Assembly: GCA_965205485.1 (NCBI GenBank) | Contig: OZ242180.1 | Span: 1,408,001 to 1,472,000 of the forward strand | Length of the DNA stretch: 64,000 nucleotides | Direction: 5' to 3' | Origin: Candidatus Latescibacterota bacterium | Lineage (GTDB): Bacteria > Latescibacterota > UBA2968 > GCA-2709665 | In this document: positions 1 through 8,496 of the stretch, piece by piece | Layout of the letters: every line of letters begins with the position of its first letter | Numbering within the stretch: position 1 is the stretch's first letter | The notes under the pieces: model-generated | The model's input: the letters and a program-made list of their open reading frames with translations, nothing else | Databases searched by the model: none | Told to the model about the DNA's origin: nothing | Made by a program: the position numbers and the translations under genes

Positions 1-125
1 GGCACAATATACCAACCCCTTCGGTACACGGGCAAGCACCTTGACATGCCGTTGGCGCCGGGCTATCTTTCTACTATTAGACCAAGCACCCGATGTGCCC
101 GTTACGTTGCGCCAAGGAGATGCTA

Positions 126-806
126 ATGCCACAGATTCGATGGCCGGTAGTTGCGTTTACCGTACTCTGGATTTCCGGGTGCGGCGCCAGGGACCCCGTT
201 CAGGAAATGCAGAAGAGCCTGGCGAACGCGCCCGCGTATATGATCATACTTGAGGATATGAGGGAGGACGGCACCTTTTTTACCAATTATTACCACAGAT
301 ACACGGTCGTCCAGGGAGAGCGTCGGGGCACAACCGAATGGATTGAGGTACCGGTGGAGGTCTATCGGCGGTACGCGGCCTTTCTCGGCATGGCATTGGT
401 CGCCAAGTCGGACGAAGGGGTGAACAAAACCCCCCATCCGCCCGGATACCACTACGTGGGGAACCCGCATTACGGGCACTGGGGCGGCGGCGGGAGTTTC
501 TGGGTGTTCTACGGACAGTACGCGATGATGCGGAGTTTGATGGGCGGGGGCTACGGGGGACAGATCTACCGCAATGACTACGACGACTATCGCAACAACC
601 GCGATCGGCGCCGGCCGTATTACGGACGCAACCGTGAATACGGTACCGAAGGGTCGATCACAAAGAAGCAGAGGCCGGCGTTTTACCAGCGCCGGAGACA
701 GGCCATTGCAAACAGGCAGCGGTCCTTTTCCCAGCGGGTCAGGGACCGGTCCGGCCGCAACAGGTCGGGCTTTGGCAGCCGCAGCAGAGGGAGGTTTGGA
801 AAATGA
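126..806 (+). CDS. Conserved lipoprotein of PspA/DUF350/spermidine-synthase loci, with an Arg/Gly-rich C-terminal tail
   Basis: Lipobox ISGC after a hydrophobic stretch; YYHRY, PPGYHYVGNPHYG and SFWVFYGQYAMM motifs; AAGGAG SD before ATG 126 (ORF open from 93); stop overlaps the next ATG. Confidence 0.7.
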   Translation: MPQIRWPVVAFTVLWISGCGARDPVQEMQKSLANAPAYMIILEDMREDGTFFTNYYHRYTVVQGERRGTTEWIEVPVEVYRRYAAFLGMALVAKSDEGVNKTPHPPGYHYVGNPHYGHWGGGGSFWVFYGQYAMMRSLMGGGYGGQIYRNDYDDYRNNRDRRRPYYGRNREYGTEGSITKKQRPAFYQRRRQAIANRQRSFSQRVRDRSGRNRSGFGSRSRGRFGK

Positions 807-1648
807 TGTGGGACAGTTTGCTGGAAACCGGGATTTACCTGGTCTGCGCGTATGTGTTGTTCTGGATTGGCAAGCTCGTATATGACTGGACCACGCCAAG
901 CTACCGCCTGAAGGAAGAGCTGGTGGAGAAGGACAACACGGCCCTGTCGGTGGCGATGGTGGGGTACTTTCTGGGCCTGGTCATGGCCATCGGAGGGGTG
1001 ATTTCCGGTCCCTCGCACGGGTTGGAGGTCGACCTGGTCGACGTACTCATCTACGGCCCGTTGTCGATCGTGCTGATGAATCTCTCGCGGATCATCAATG
1101 ACCGGCTGATCCTTCACCAGTTTTCGATCCGGGACGAGATCGTGCGCGACCAGAATGCAGGCACCGGAGCCGTGGTCTGCGCCTCGTACATCGCCACGGG
1201 TCTGGTGATCTACGGGGCGGTGTCCGGCGAACTCGGCGGTCTGGGCACAACCATCGCTTTCTGGGTGCTGGGACAGGCGGCGCTGGTGCTGGCGGGCATC
1301 GTCTACAACTGGGCAACGCCGTACGATCTGCATACGGAAATCGAAAGGGACAACGCCGCTGCCGGCGTGGCATTCGCCGGCGCGCTGGTGGGCATCGGCA
1401 TTGTGGTGCGGCACGCGGTGTCCGGAGACTTTATCTCCTGGGCGACCAGCCTGCAGGGCTTCGCGCTCGAGGTGGTTATCGGACTCGTTCTGCTGCTCGT
1501 GGTACGTGTTGCTACTGACAAGATCCTGCTGCCGGGCCTGAACCTGGCGGCGGAGATTTCGGATCCCGAGAAACCGCACCTGGGCGCCGGATTCATCGAA
1601 GCGTCTTCGTACGTGGCTGCGTCCCTGCTGATCGTATGGGCGTTGTAG
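803..1648 (+). CDS. DUF350 family membrane protein (two tandem units)
   Basis: About 8 TM segments; repeated motifs EELVEKDNTALS, DEIVRDQNAGTG and TEIERDNAAAG. Confidence 0.8.
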   Translation: MMWDSLLETGIYLVCAYVLFWIGKLVYDWTTPSYRLKEELVEKDNTALSVAMVGYFLGLVMAIGGVISGPSHGLEVDLVDVLIYGPLSIVLMNLSRIINDRLILHQFSIRDEIVRDQNAGTGAVVCASYIATGLVIYGAVSGELGGLGTTIAFWVLGQAALVLAGIVYNWATPYDLHTEIERDNAAAGVAFAGALVGIGIVVRHAVSGDFISWATSLQGFALEVVIGLVLLLVVRVATDKILLPGLNLAAEISDPEKPHLGAGFIEASSYVAASLLIVWAL

Positions 1649-1660
1649 GAAGCCGTTGCA

Positions 1661-2461
1661 ATGGGAACTCGCCTCAAGGACAAGGTCGCAATCGTAACGG
1701 GCGCCGGTTCTGTCGGACCCGGTTGGGGCAACGGCAAGGCGGCGGCCGTTCTCTTCGCGCGGGAAGGCGCCCGCGTTCTTGCCGTGGACATCAATCCGGA
1801 GTCCGCGGAGGAAACCCGGGACATCATCGCAGGCGAGGGAGGAGACTGTACGGCCCACGAGGCGGATGTGTCGCGGTCCGAAGACGTGGAAGCTCTCGTC
1901 GCACGGTGCCTCGATACCTATGGCCGTATTGATATTCTGCACAATAACGTCGGCGTTCTCCAGGTGGGCGGATGCGTTGAACTCAGCGAGGAAACGTGGG
2001 ACCGCGTGGTCGACGTGAATCTCAAGAGCATGTTTCTGACCTGCAAGCATGTACTACCCCATATGGAACGCCAGGGCGGAGGCGCGATTGTGAATATCTC
2101 TTCGATCACGTCGATCCGCTGGCTGGGCGTGCCCTACGTTTCCTACAGCGCGACCAAGGGTGGGGTGAATCAACTCACTCAGAGTATCGCGATGCAATAT
2201 GCCGGGAAGAACATCCGCGCCAACTCCATACTGCCCGGATTCATGAATACGCCCATGGTGGCGAAATCCCTGGCCGAATTCTACGCACAGGGCGACGTCG
2301 AGAAGATGATTCAGATTCGCGACAACCAGTGTCCGATGGGCAGGATGGGCGATGCCTGGGACGTGGCTTATGCCGCCCTGTATCTGGCTTCGGACGAGGC
2401 GAAATACGTCACCGGCGCAGAACTCGTCGTGGATGGCGGGTTGACGTGCAAAACGGTCTAG
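1661..2461 (+). CDS. Short-chain dehydrogenase/reductase (SDR)
   Basis: TGAGS..GNG Rossmann motif, NNVG, YSATK catalytic motif, VDGG C-terminus. Confidence 0.95.
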   Translation: MGTRLKDKVAIVTGAGSVGPGWGNGKAAAVLFAREGARVLAVDINPESAEETRDIIAGEGGDCTAHEADVSRSEDVEALVARCLDTYGRIDILHNNVGVLQVGGCVELSEETWDRVVDVNLKSMFLTCKHVLPHMERQGGGAIVNISSITSIRWLGVPYVSYSATKGGVNQLTQSIAMQYAGKNIRANSILPGFMNTPMVAKSLAEFYAQGDVEKMIQIRDNQCPMGRMGDAWDVAYAALYLASDEAKYVTGAELVVDGGLTCKTV

Positions 2462-2623
2462 TGTCCTGTCCCATAAATTTCTCACCATTCGACCGCCGAT
2501 TCATCCTGTCTCGCTACGTTCCCCTCGCTCGCCGACCTTGCGCAGGTCGGCTGCGCTCCGGCGCCTTGCGAGACAGGCGACTCGACGGTCGAATTTAGGC
2601 AACTTATTTCCGGGACAGAACAC
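2461..2623. mobile_element. 163-bp MITE-like element, family 1, copy 1
   Basis: TIRs GTGTCCTGTCCC ... GGGACAGAACAC; reverse-complement copy of the same length at 13636-13798. Confidence 0.8.
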
Positions 2624-2647
2624 TCGCGCGGGGCAGAAGAAAAGGGT

Positions 2648-4252
2648 ATGGCCGCAAGAGACAACGCCCCCGAAGACAATGGAGGCAAAGGAGCGCCCCC
2701 TCCCGCATCGGCGGGAGGATCGGGAAGCGGCCGCCTGTTGAAGGCGTGTCTGTTCGCGACGGGGCTGGCGGGAATCGTTGCGGAATTCGTACTCTCCACG
2801 CTGGCCAGCTACCTTCTCGGAAACCCGACGTTGCAGTGGACGCTGGTATTGTCGCTGATGTTCTTCGCGATGGGGCTCGGAAGCCGGCTGAGCCGACATC
2901 TTGCGGAGCGGTTGCTGGACCGGTTCATTGCGGTTGAATTTATCCTCTCGGCGCTGTGCGCGACATCGGCCGCAGCGGCCTATTGGGGAACGGCGTTCGT
3001 CCAGGAGGCGGGCGCCATTATTTATGCTTATGCCGGCGCGATCGGACTTCTGATCGGGCTTGAAATTCCCCTGGTAACGCGGATGAACGACGCGTACGAG
3101 GAGCTGCGGACCAATATCGCGTCCGTCATGGAGAAGGACTATTTCGGCGCGCTGGCGGGCGGCTTGCTGTTTGCGTTTTTCGCGCTGCCGAAGCTGGGGC
3201 TGACCTATACGCCCATCGCGCTGGGGACGGTGAACTTTGCGGTTGCATCCGCGCTCCTGTGGCGATACCGGAACCTGCTCGCCAGGCCGGCCGCGCTCAT
3301 TGTTGCGTTCTGGATCACTGCGGTGGGGCTTGTTGCGCTGGGCGTGTTCATGAAGCCCATCGTGCGGTTCGGCGAGCAGAGCCGGTATCGGGACCGGGTG
3401 ATATACGAGGCGCAGACCCCATACCAGCGGATCGTGATGACGCAGTGGAAAGGGTACCACTGGTTGTACCTCAACGGCGGAATGCAGTTCAGCACGTACG
3501 ACGAAGAACGGTACCACGAGCCGCTCGTGCATCCCGCTATGGGACTGTCTGCATCCAGAGAGCGGGTGCTGATTCTCGGCGGGGGGGACGGACTGGCGCT
3601 GCGGGAAGTCTTGAAATACGGCGACGTGAAACGGGTCACGCTGGTGGACCTGGACCCTGAGATGATCCGGCTCGCGCGGACGCATCCGGTGTTCGTGGAA
3701 GCGAATGAAGGAGCGCTGGAGGATGAACGCGTGGACGTGGTCACCCGGGACGCGGGCCGGTTTCTGGCGGATGACGCGGGAATCTACGATGTCATTCTTG
3801 TTGATTTGCCGGATCCGAAGGGTCCGGATCTCGCCCGGTTGTATTCGAAGGAATTCTACACGGCGTGTAAAAGGCATCTCTCGCAGCACGGTACACTCGT
3901 GACGCAGAGTTCAAGCCCACTCCACGCCAGGCGGGCGTTTCTGTGCGTGTACCGGACCCTGAAGGCAGCGGGGTTCCACGTGTTGCCCTACCACAATTCG
4001 ATCCCGACGATGGGACAGTGGGGGTGGCACCTGGCCATGAAGGAAGAGGTCATTTCGGAACCTGACCTGAAGCAGCGAGCGATGGCGCTTCGCTTTTCGG
4101 AATTCGAAACGGTCTTCCTGGACCACGAGGCGATGGCGGGCATGCTGCATTTCTGGAAGGGCATGTTCGATGGGCTGGAAGACGTGGAGGTGAATACCGA
4201 ACTGGCGCCGGTGGTGGACAGGTACTACCGGGAGAGTGAATGGGGATGGTGA
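2648..4252 (+). CDS. speE: Polyamine aminopropyltransferase (spermidine synthase) with N-terminal multi-pass membrane domain
   Basis: Multiple N-terminal TM helices; QTPYQRI, QFSTYDEERYHEPLVHP, ILGGGDG, LVDLD, VDLPDP and LYSKEFY motifs. Confidence 0.9.
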   Translation: MAARDNAPEDNGGKGAPPPASAGGSGSGRLLKACLFATGLAGIVAEFVLSTLASYLLGNPTLQWTLVLSLMFFAMGLGSRLSRHLAERLLDRFIAVEFILSALCATSAAAAYWGTAFVQEAGAIIYAYAGAIGLLIGLEIPLVTRMNDAYEELRTNIASVMEKDYFGALAGGLLFAFFALPKLGLTYTPIALGTVNFAVASALLWRYRNLLARPAALIVAFWITAVGLVALGVFMKPIVRFGEQSRYRDRVIYEAQTPYQRIVMTQWKGYHWLYLNGGMQFSTYDEERYHEPLVHPAMGLSASRERVLILGGGDGLALREVLKYGDVKRVTLVDLDPEMIRLARTHPVFVEANEGALEDERVDVVTRDAGRFLADDAGIYDVILVDLPDPKGPDLARLYSKEFYTACKRHLSQHGTLVTQSSSPLHARRAFLCVYRTLKAAGFHVLPYHNSIPTMGQWGWHLAMKEEVISEPDLKQRAMALRFSEFETVFLDHEAMAGMLHFWKGMFDGLEDVEVNTELAPVVDRYYRESEWGW

Positions 4253-4701
4253 AGACCGGGTAGAGGTGAGACGGAAGCCGGTAGAGGAAGTCCTTGCCCG
4301 ATATTTTAATCTTTCTTGCCTCCGGCACGCGAAGAAACCTCGCAAGGCAGGCAATCTCTACCCTCTTCCGCCTTCCGTCTCCCCGCTCTTAAGGAACACG
4401 CCGTAGGCACGATTTTGAAAAGAAAGACGAACGATGAGTCTTGCTTAATACAGGACTCTGTTTTTTGTATAAAACCTTTATTTTTATTTTATTTACGTCC
4501 TTTTTCTTATGCGCGTAAGAAAAAGGACCAAAAAGAAGCGCGCCCTTCGGCAGGGGGCCGGTTTTTCCGTGAACCCCCTCATTGGCGAAAATGTGACTTG
4601 TGTGGCCTACGAACGGATTACCGGTACCAGTGCAAACGGGCTGGACGGATTAACACGGAAAAACCCCCATCCCCCGGACCGGACGCGCCGTATTTGGATT
4701 T

Positions 4702-4726
4702 GTAGGGGCAACCCTTGTGGTTGCCC
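4702..4726 (+). repeat. GTAG-type REP palindrome (GTAGGGGCAACCCTTGTGGTTGCCC)
   Basis: Identical copy at 8293-8317; variant on the minus strand at 27256-27280; partial copy at 8201-8218. Confidence 0.8.
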
Positions 4727-4844
4727 ACATTGCGGCGCGGATATCTGTGATTCCTAACGATCCTTCTTTACATGAACCGCTTCTGGCTGAGAGCTGACTG
4801 CTGATCGCTGACAGCTCTTACTCGTTTTTGAAAGGTTTCCAACA

Positions 4845-5562
4845 ATGGACTTCGACGAAATCAGACGACGCCTTTCCCGGCTGGATACGGCGTGTGTCTG
4901 CGATGGATACAAGGCGCTTGATAAGCCGGTCAGGGCCGTAGACCCCGCCATCCGCCCCGTCTCGCCGGGTTTGAGGCTGATCGGGCGGGCGCATACGCTG
5001 ACCTGCCACGAGGACTTTCTGACCGTAATCGTCGCCCTTCGCGATGCCCTGGCCGGGGAGGTCCTGGTGATTCGGGCGGGCGCATACGCTGACCTGCCAC
5101 GAGGACTCCCTGGTGATTGACTCCCAAGGGAGCCGGAAGGCATTGACCGGGGAACTGTTTCCCGCCGAGGCGCGGCGCAAGGGGCTGGCCGGGATTGTGA
5201 ACGACGGACCGTGCAGGGATACGGCAGCGATCCGGAAACAGCAGCTACCGTATTACGCCCGGTCGGTCAACCCGGTTGCCGGCACGACGGACAGGCTCTT
5301 CGAGACACAGGTCCCCGTTACATGCGGCGGCGTGCGCGTTCACCCGGGCGAGATCGTCTTCGGAGACGACGACGGCCTCATCGTGGCATCCTCCGAGGAG
5401 ATTTCGGAGATCATTCCCGTTGCGGAAGAGGTGCAGAGGAAAGAGGCGCGACTCCTTGCGGAGATGGAGAGAGGCCGGAGCCTTATCGATATGCTGAATC
5501 TGGAGGATCACTGCAAGAAGCTGCGCGCCGGTCAGAAGAGTCGTTTGCAGTTTCTGGTCTGA
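4845..5562 (+). pseudogene. RraA-like / HMG-CHA aldolase family gene frameshifted by a 46-bp insertion
   Basis: TACVCD, GRAHT, GEVLVID, GELF, GIVNDGPCRD and PGEIVFGDDDG motifs are split over two frames; removing one of the cctggtgatt-bounded 46-bp units restores the frame. Confidence 0.8.
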
Positions 5563-5576
5563 TCGGATTATACTAA

Positions 5577-5786
5577 GAAGCTGTTTTAAAATTACCGGTG
5601 AGTTCCCGAGCGCGAGCGAAAAAGTGGCGGTTAAGAGGCGCGAGGGGCGCGTAGCGCCGACGGGAAAATCCGCCTATGAGAGGCGAGCAAGCGCAGCCTC
5701 GATCTCGTAAGACGGGTGGATTTGACCAACGTCGACCGGCGCTTTTGCAGCCGTGCGAAGACCGCTGGGAATTTTAAGACAGCTTC
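5577..5786. mobile_element. 210-bp MITE, family 2, copy 1
   Basis: TIRs GAAGCTGTTTTAAAATT ... AATTTTAAGACAGCTTC flanked by a TAA/TAA duplication; shorter inverted copy at 24894-25055. Confidence 0.85.
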
Positions 5787-5791
5787 TAAAG

Positions 5792-5832
5792 TGAAACAGG
5801 GCGGACGACATAACGTCGTCCGCCCTGTTTCA
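5792..5832. terminator. Bidirectional intrinsic terminator
   Basis: Perfect 18-bp stem TGAAACAGGGCGGACGAC/GTCGTCCGCCCTGTTTCA with a 5-nt loop, between convergent operons. Confidence 0.7.
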
Positions 5833-5847
5833 TTTGTCCAAAATCGC

Positions 5848-6381
5848 CTATTCCGTAGGCAGGATGTCCGTGAACTGGTATTCCTCGACGATTTCGCCGA
5901 TGGAGGCTTCGAAGTCGTCCTCGCCCCACTGTTCGATCGTTAACGTCTTCCGTTCGGAATCGTCCAGGTACTCCCAGGTAATCAGTTCCCGCGGGGGCCC
6001 CTCCCCGTTCCGGTAGAACTCACCGGCATCGGAGGATTCCGCGTAATAGGTGACGCCGTCGCAGGTCACCTCTTCGGGCGGGTCTTCGTGTTCCTGGATA
6101 TGGGCCATGGGGTCGCCGTCAATTTGAGAAACACGGACCTTGCGCGAGATGGTCCAGCAGATCGCGTCGTCCTCCTCGCGGTTCAGGTACATGACTTCGT
6201 CGGCGCAGGTCAATTCCCATTCGTCCACGCGGTCTCCATCGAAATCGTAATGGTTCTGCGCCGTGACCTTCCAGGTCTTCAGGTCATAGTCGACCACGTA
6301 TCCGGGCTTGAGGTCGGAAAGCGTGAAGTCGACCACGGGGTCGACTTCATCGGTCTTTTTCCTGAATGGATTCCAGTTCAC
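5848..6381 (-). CDS. DUF4178 domain protein
   Basis: Acidic 177 aa; DLKPGYVVDYDLKTWKV, EWEL, WEYLD and IEQWGEDDFEASIG motifs; downstream of pspA. Confidence 0.75.
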   Translation of the reverse strand: MNWNPFRKKTDEVDPVVDFTLSDLKPGYVVDYDLKTWKVTAQNHYDFDGDRVDEWELTCADEVMYLNREEDDAICWTISRKVRVSQIDGDPMAHIQEHEDPPEEVTCDGVTYYAESSDAGEFYRNGEGPPRELITWEYLDDSERKTLTIEQWGEDDFEASIGEIVEEYQFTDILPTE

Positions 6382-6434
6382 AGGTTCGCCCCTGCCGCGC
6401 CGGATACCGGATTCCGGTCCGCGAAGTGCCGCAC

Positions 6435-7136
6435 TTACGCCTGAATTCCCATCTTGCTCTTGAGCTCGGCCAGCTTGTCCGCGCCCGGATTCTTTTCCTG
6501 AAGCGCGGCGTCGATCTCCTCGTCCACACTCTTCGACGCGTCGGCCACCTCACCGTACGCCTCGGAAAGGGACTCGTCCTCTTCCACCCGCTCCTTCATG
6601 CGTTCCAGCATCGCAAGCGTGCCGTGTGAATCCACTTTCGCCAGTTGCTTGTTGATCTTCTTCGTTGCCGCGGCCGTCCGGGCGCGGGCGCGCAGCGTGA
6701 CAAGGTCGTTTTCGTACCCTGCGATGGAGGACTTGAGTTTGTCCACCTGGGTCTGCAGCTGAGCGGCCATTTCCTCCTGCTTGCGGGCGTTCTCGCTAAG
6801 GGTGGCGGACCGATTGACGTTCTCTTCCTTCCGGGCAAGCGCTTCGCCGGCCAGGCGGTCGGCTTCGGCCGTATCGATCTGGTCTTTCTGCGCCCTCTGG
6901 AGCAGCGCCATGGCTTTGCGTTCGTAGTCCTCCGCGGCCTTCTTGCTGTCCGACGCCTGTTTCCGCAGGCGGATGCCCTGCCCCTTGACTTCGGCCAGGC
7001 TGGTCATCGCATTGCTCAGATCTTTCTTGAGATCCCGGATGCCCTGTTCAGTGAGGCGAATCGGATCTTCGAACTTGTCGATGGCTGCGTGAACTTCAGC
7101 TTGACCGACGCGAAAAATGCGTTGAAAAATTCCCAT
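6435..7136 (-). CDS. pspA: PspA/IM30 (Vipp1/ESCRT-III-like) family protein
   Basis: MGIFQRIF amphipathic N-terminus, EDPIRL.EQ.IRDL, long coiled coil, LERMKERV. Confidence 0.9.
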   Translation of the reverse strand: MGIFQRIFRVGQAEVHAAIDKFEDPIRLTEQGIRDLKKDLSNAMTSLAEVKGQGIRLRKQASDSKKAAEDYERKAMALLQRAQKDQIDTAEADRLAGEALARKEENVNRSATLSENARKQEEMAAQLQTQVDKLKSSIAGYENDLVTLRARARTAAATKKINKQLAKVDSHGTLAMLERMKERVEEDESLSEAYGEVADASKSVDEEIDAALQEKNPGADKLAELKSKMGIQA

Positions 7137-7224
7137 GTTATGCTCCTATCTGATGCGGGACCTAAAGGCCGGAGATCGTGGATCGTAACGGATTGCATCT
7201 TCGGGATTCCGACCCGTGTTCTCA

Positions 7225-7620
7225 CTATTGCCTGCTGTAACTCAAGAGTTCTTCGGCGTTTTCGCCAAGGGCCAGGCCCAGCGCGTTGACGGCGCCTTCG
7301 ATTTCCGCCCTGTCCAGCGTATCCAGAAGAAGGGTGTCCCGGAACAGGACGGTCCCGGTTTCCTCGTCGATGGCGAAGGCGCCGTGGATGAGCGTCCGGT
7401 TCAACTCCAGCAGGCGCTTGTAGAGGTCGCCCGGATTCCCGGGGATCGGCATGATGGCCTGTTCCAGGATGAGAATGGGATCTTCACAGTCGACGATAAG
7501 CCGGTGGATCCCCCGGTCTTCGTCGGTGACGACCGCCAGTTCCTCATCGGAATCTTCTTCTTCAACGACCAGCTCGAGGTCCTGAAGAAAGGCCTTTACG
7601 GTTTCAAAGTGGCGCGACAT
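7225..7620 (-). CDS. YbjN / CesT-Tir chaperone-like protein
   Basis: 131 aa from ATG 7620 with GGAG SD; LYKRLLELNRTLIHGAFAIDE and VLFRDTL motifs; upstream of pspA. Confidence 0.8.
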   Translation of the reverse strand: MSRHFETVKAFLQDLELVVEEEDSDEELAVVTDEDRGIHRLIVDCEDPILILEQAIMPIPGNPGDLYKRLLELNRTLIHGAFAIDEETGTVLFRDTLLLDTLDRAEIEGAVNALGLALGENAEELLSYSRQ

Positions 7621-7717
7621 GAAAACTCCTTTTGAAATTGCGCTGACAGGAACTGTCCGTTCGCTGGTGAATATATGATTCTCAAGGGTTACATTTGTTT
7701 CAAAAATCGTCGCCGTT

Positions 7718-8090
7718 CTAAAGCCTGAGTATTTTTCCGACCCGGTCCGCGAGGGATTCGGGGGTCGCCGGTTTTTCCAGAATCTGGCCGCCCGTGATGC
7801 CTTGCGCGGCGAGTTCGTCCAGGTGCTCCGGAGCCGGGTTTTCGATAAGGACCAGCAAGGGTAGACGGGCGAGCATTTTCCTGATGAAACGAATGCAATC
7901 CGGTCCGCTGATTTCCGCGCAGATCGTATGCGAGAATGACGAGTGCGTACGCTTTGGGATTTGCCGCGAGCGTCTCCAAGGCGCTGCGACCGTCGGTGAC
8001 CACGTCCAACTCGACGTTCCGGTGATCGAATAGCCCGCCGGCAAGGGTCATGGCCGTCGGACCGTCTTCCGCGAGAAGAATTCTTGGCAA
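7718..8090 (-). pseudogene. Single-domain response-regulator receiver, frameshifted near 7918
   Basis: ILLAED and DGRSAL in one frame, EISGPD...LEKP in another; deleting one base gives LVILAYDLPEISG. Confidence 0.7.
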
Positions 8091-8292
8091 ACCGGGAACC
8101 GTCTCGATTGCGGGTTGACTCAGAGTCGCACGTCAGGGTGACAAATATACCCAAATCGCCCGAGGCACCAAGAATTATATTTTCCTGAAAGGCATTCTCA
8201 TCGGCCGGTCGCCCCTACTGCCATACCCACGGCGATGTACGGAATAACGCGAGAAAAACTCCCTGACCATCGGACAAGCCGTGTTTGTTTTT

Positions 8293-8317
8293 GTAGGGGC
8301 AACCCTTGTGGTTGCCC
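8293..8317 (+). repeat. GTAG-type REP palindrome
   Basis: Identical to 4702-4726. Confidence 0.8.
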
Positions 8318-8381
8318 ACGCCACGGCACGGATATTGCCCATTGAAATCGCGAGGCCGTAGGTTTTCCGGTCTTCGCCTTT

Positions 8382-8412
8382 AGCTGACAGCTGACGGCTG
8401 ATAGCTGATAGC
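8382..8412. repeat. Heptamer tandem repeat (GCTGANN)n
   Basis: gctgaca gctgacg gctgata gctgata; similar array at about 4785-4815. Confidence 0.6.
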
Positions 8413-8496
8413 CACATCTCTTTTGCCCGAAGAGAAAACTCATGATATATTAATCGACGCTCCCATGGGGAGACCAATTCATCACTTGAGGTTCCA

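Noticed and set aside
683..3889. Long antisense ORFs (683-2050, 2501-3889; likewise 32842-34314 and 57729-60005)
   Set aside because: Shadows of well-supported genes in GC-rich DNA, with no recognisable motifs
4316..4757. Small ORFs after speE
   Set aside because: They run through REP, heptamer and AT-rich sequence; no protein-like features
7621..8154. 309-aa extended YbjN ORF
   Set aside because: The extension overlaps the receiver gene in another frame; the SD supports a start at 7620
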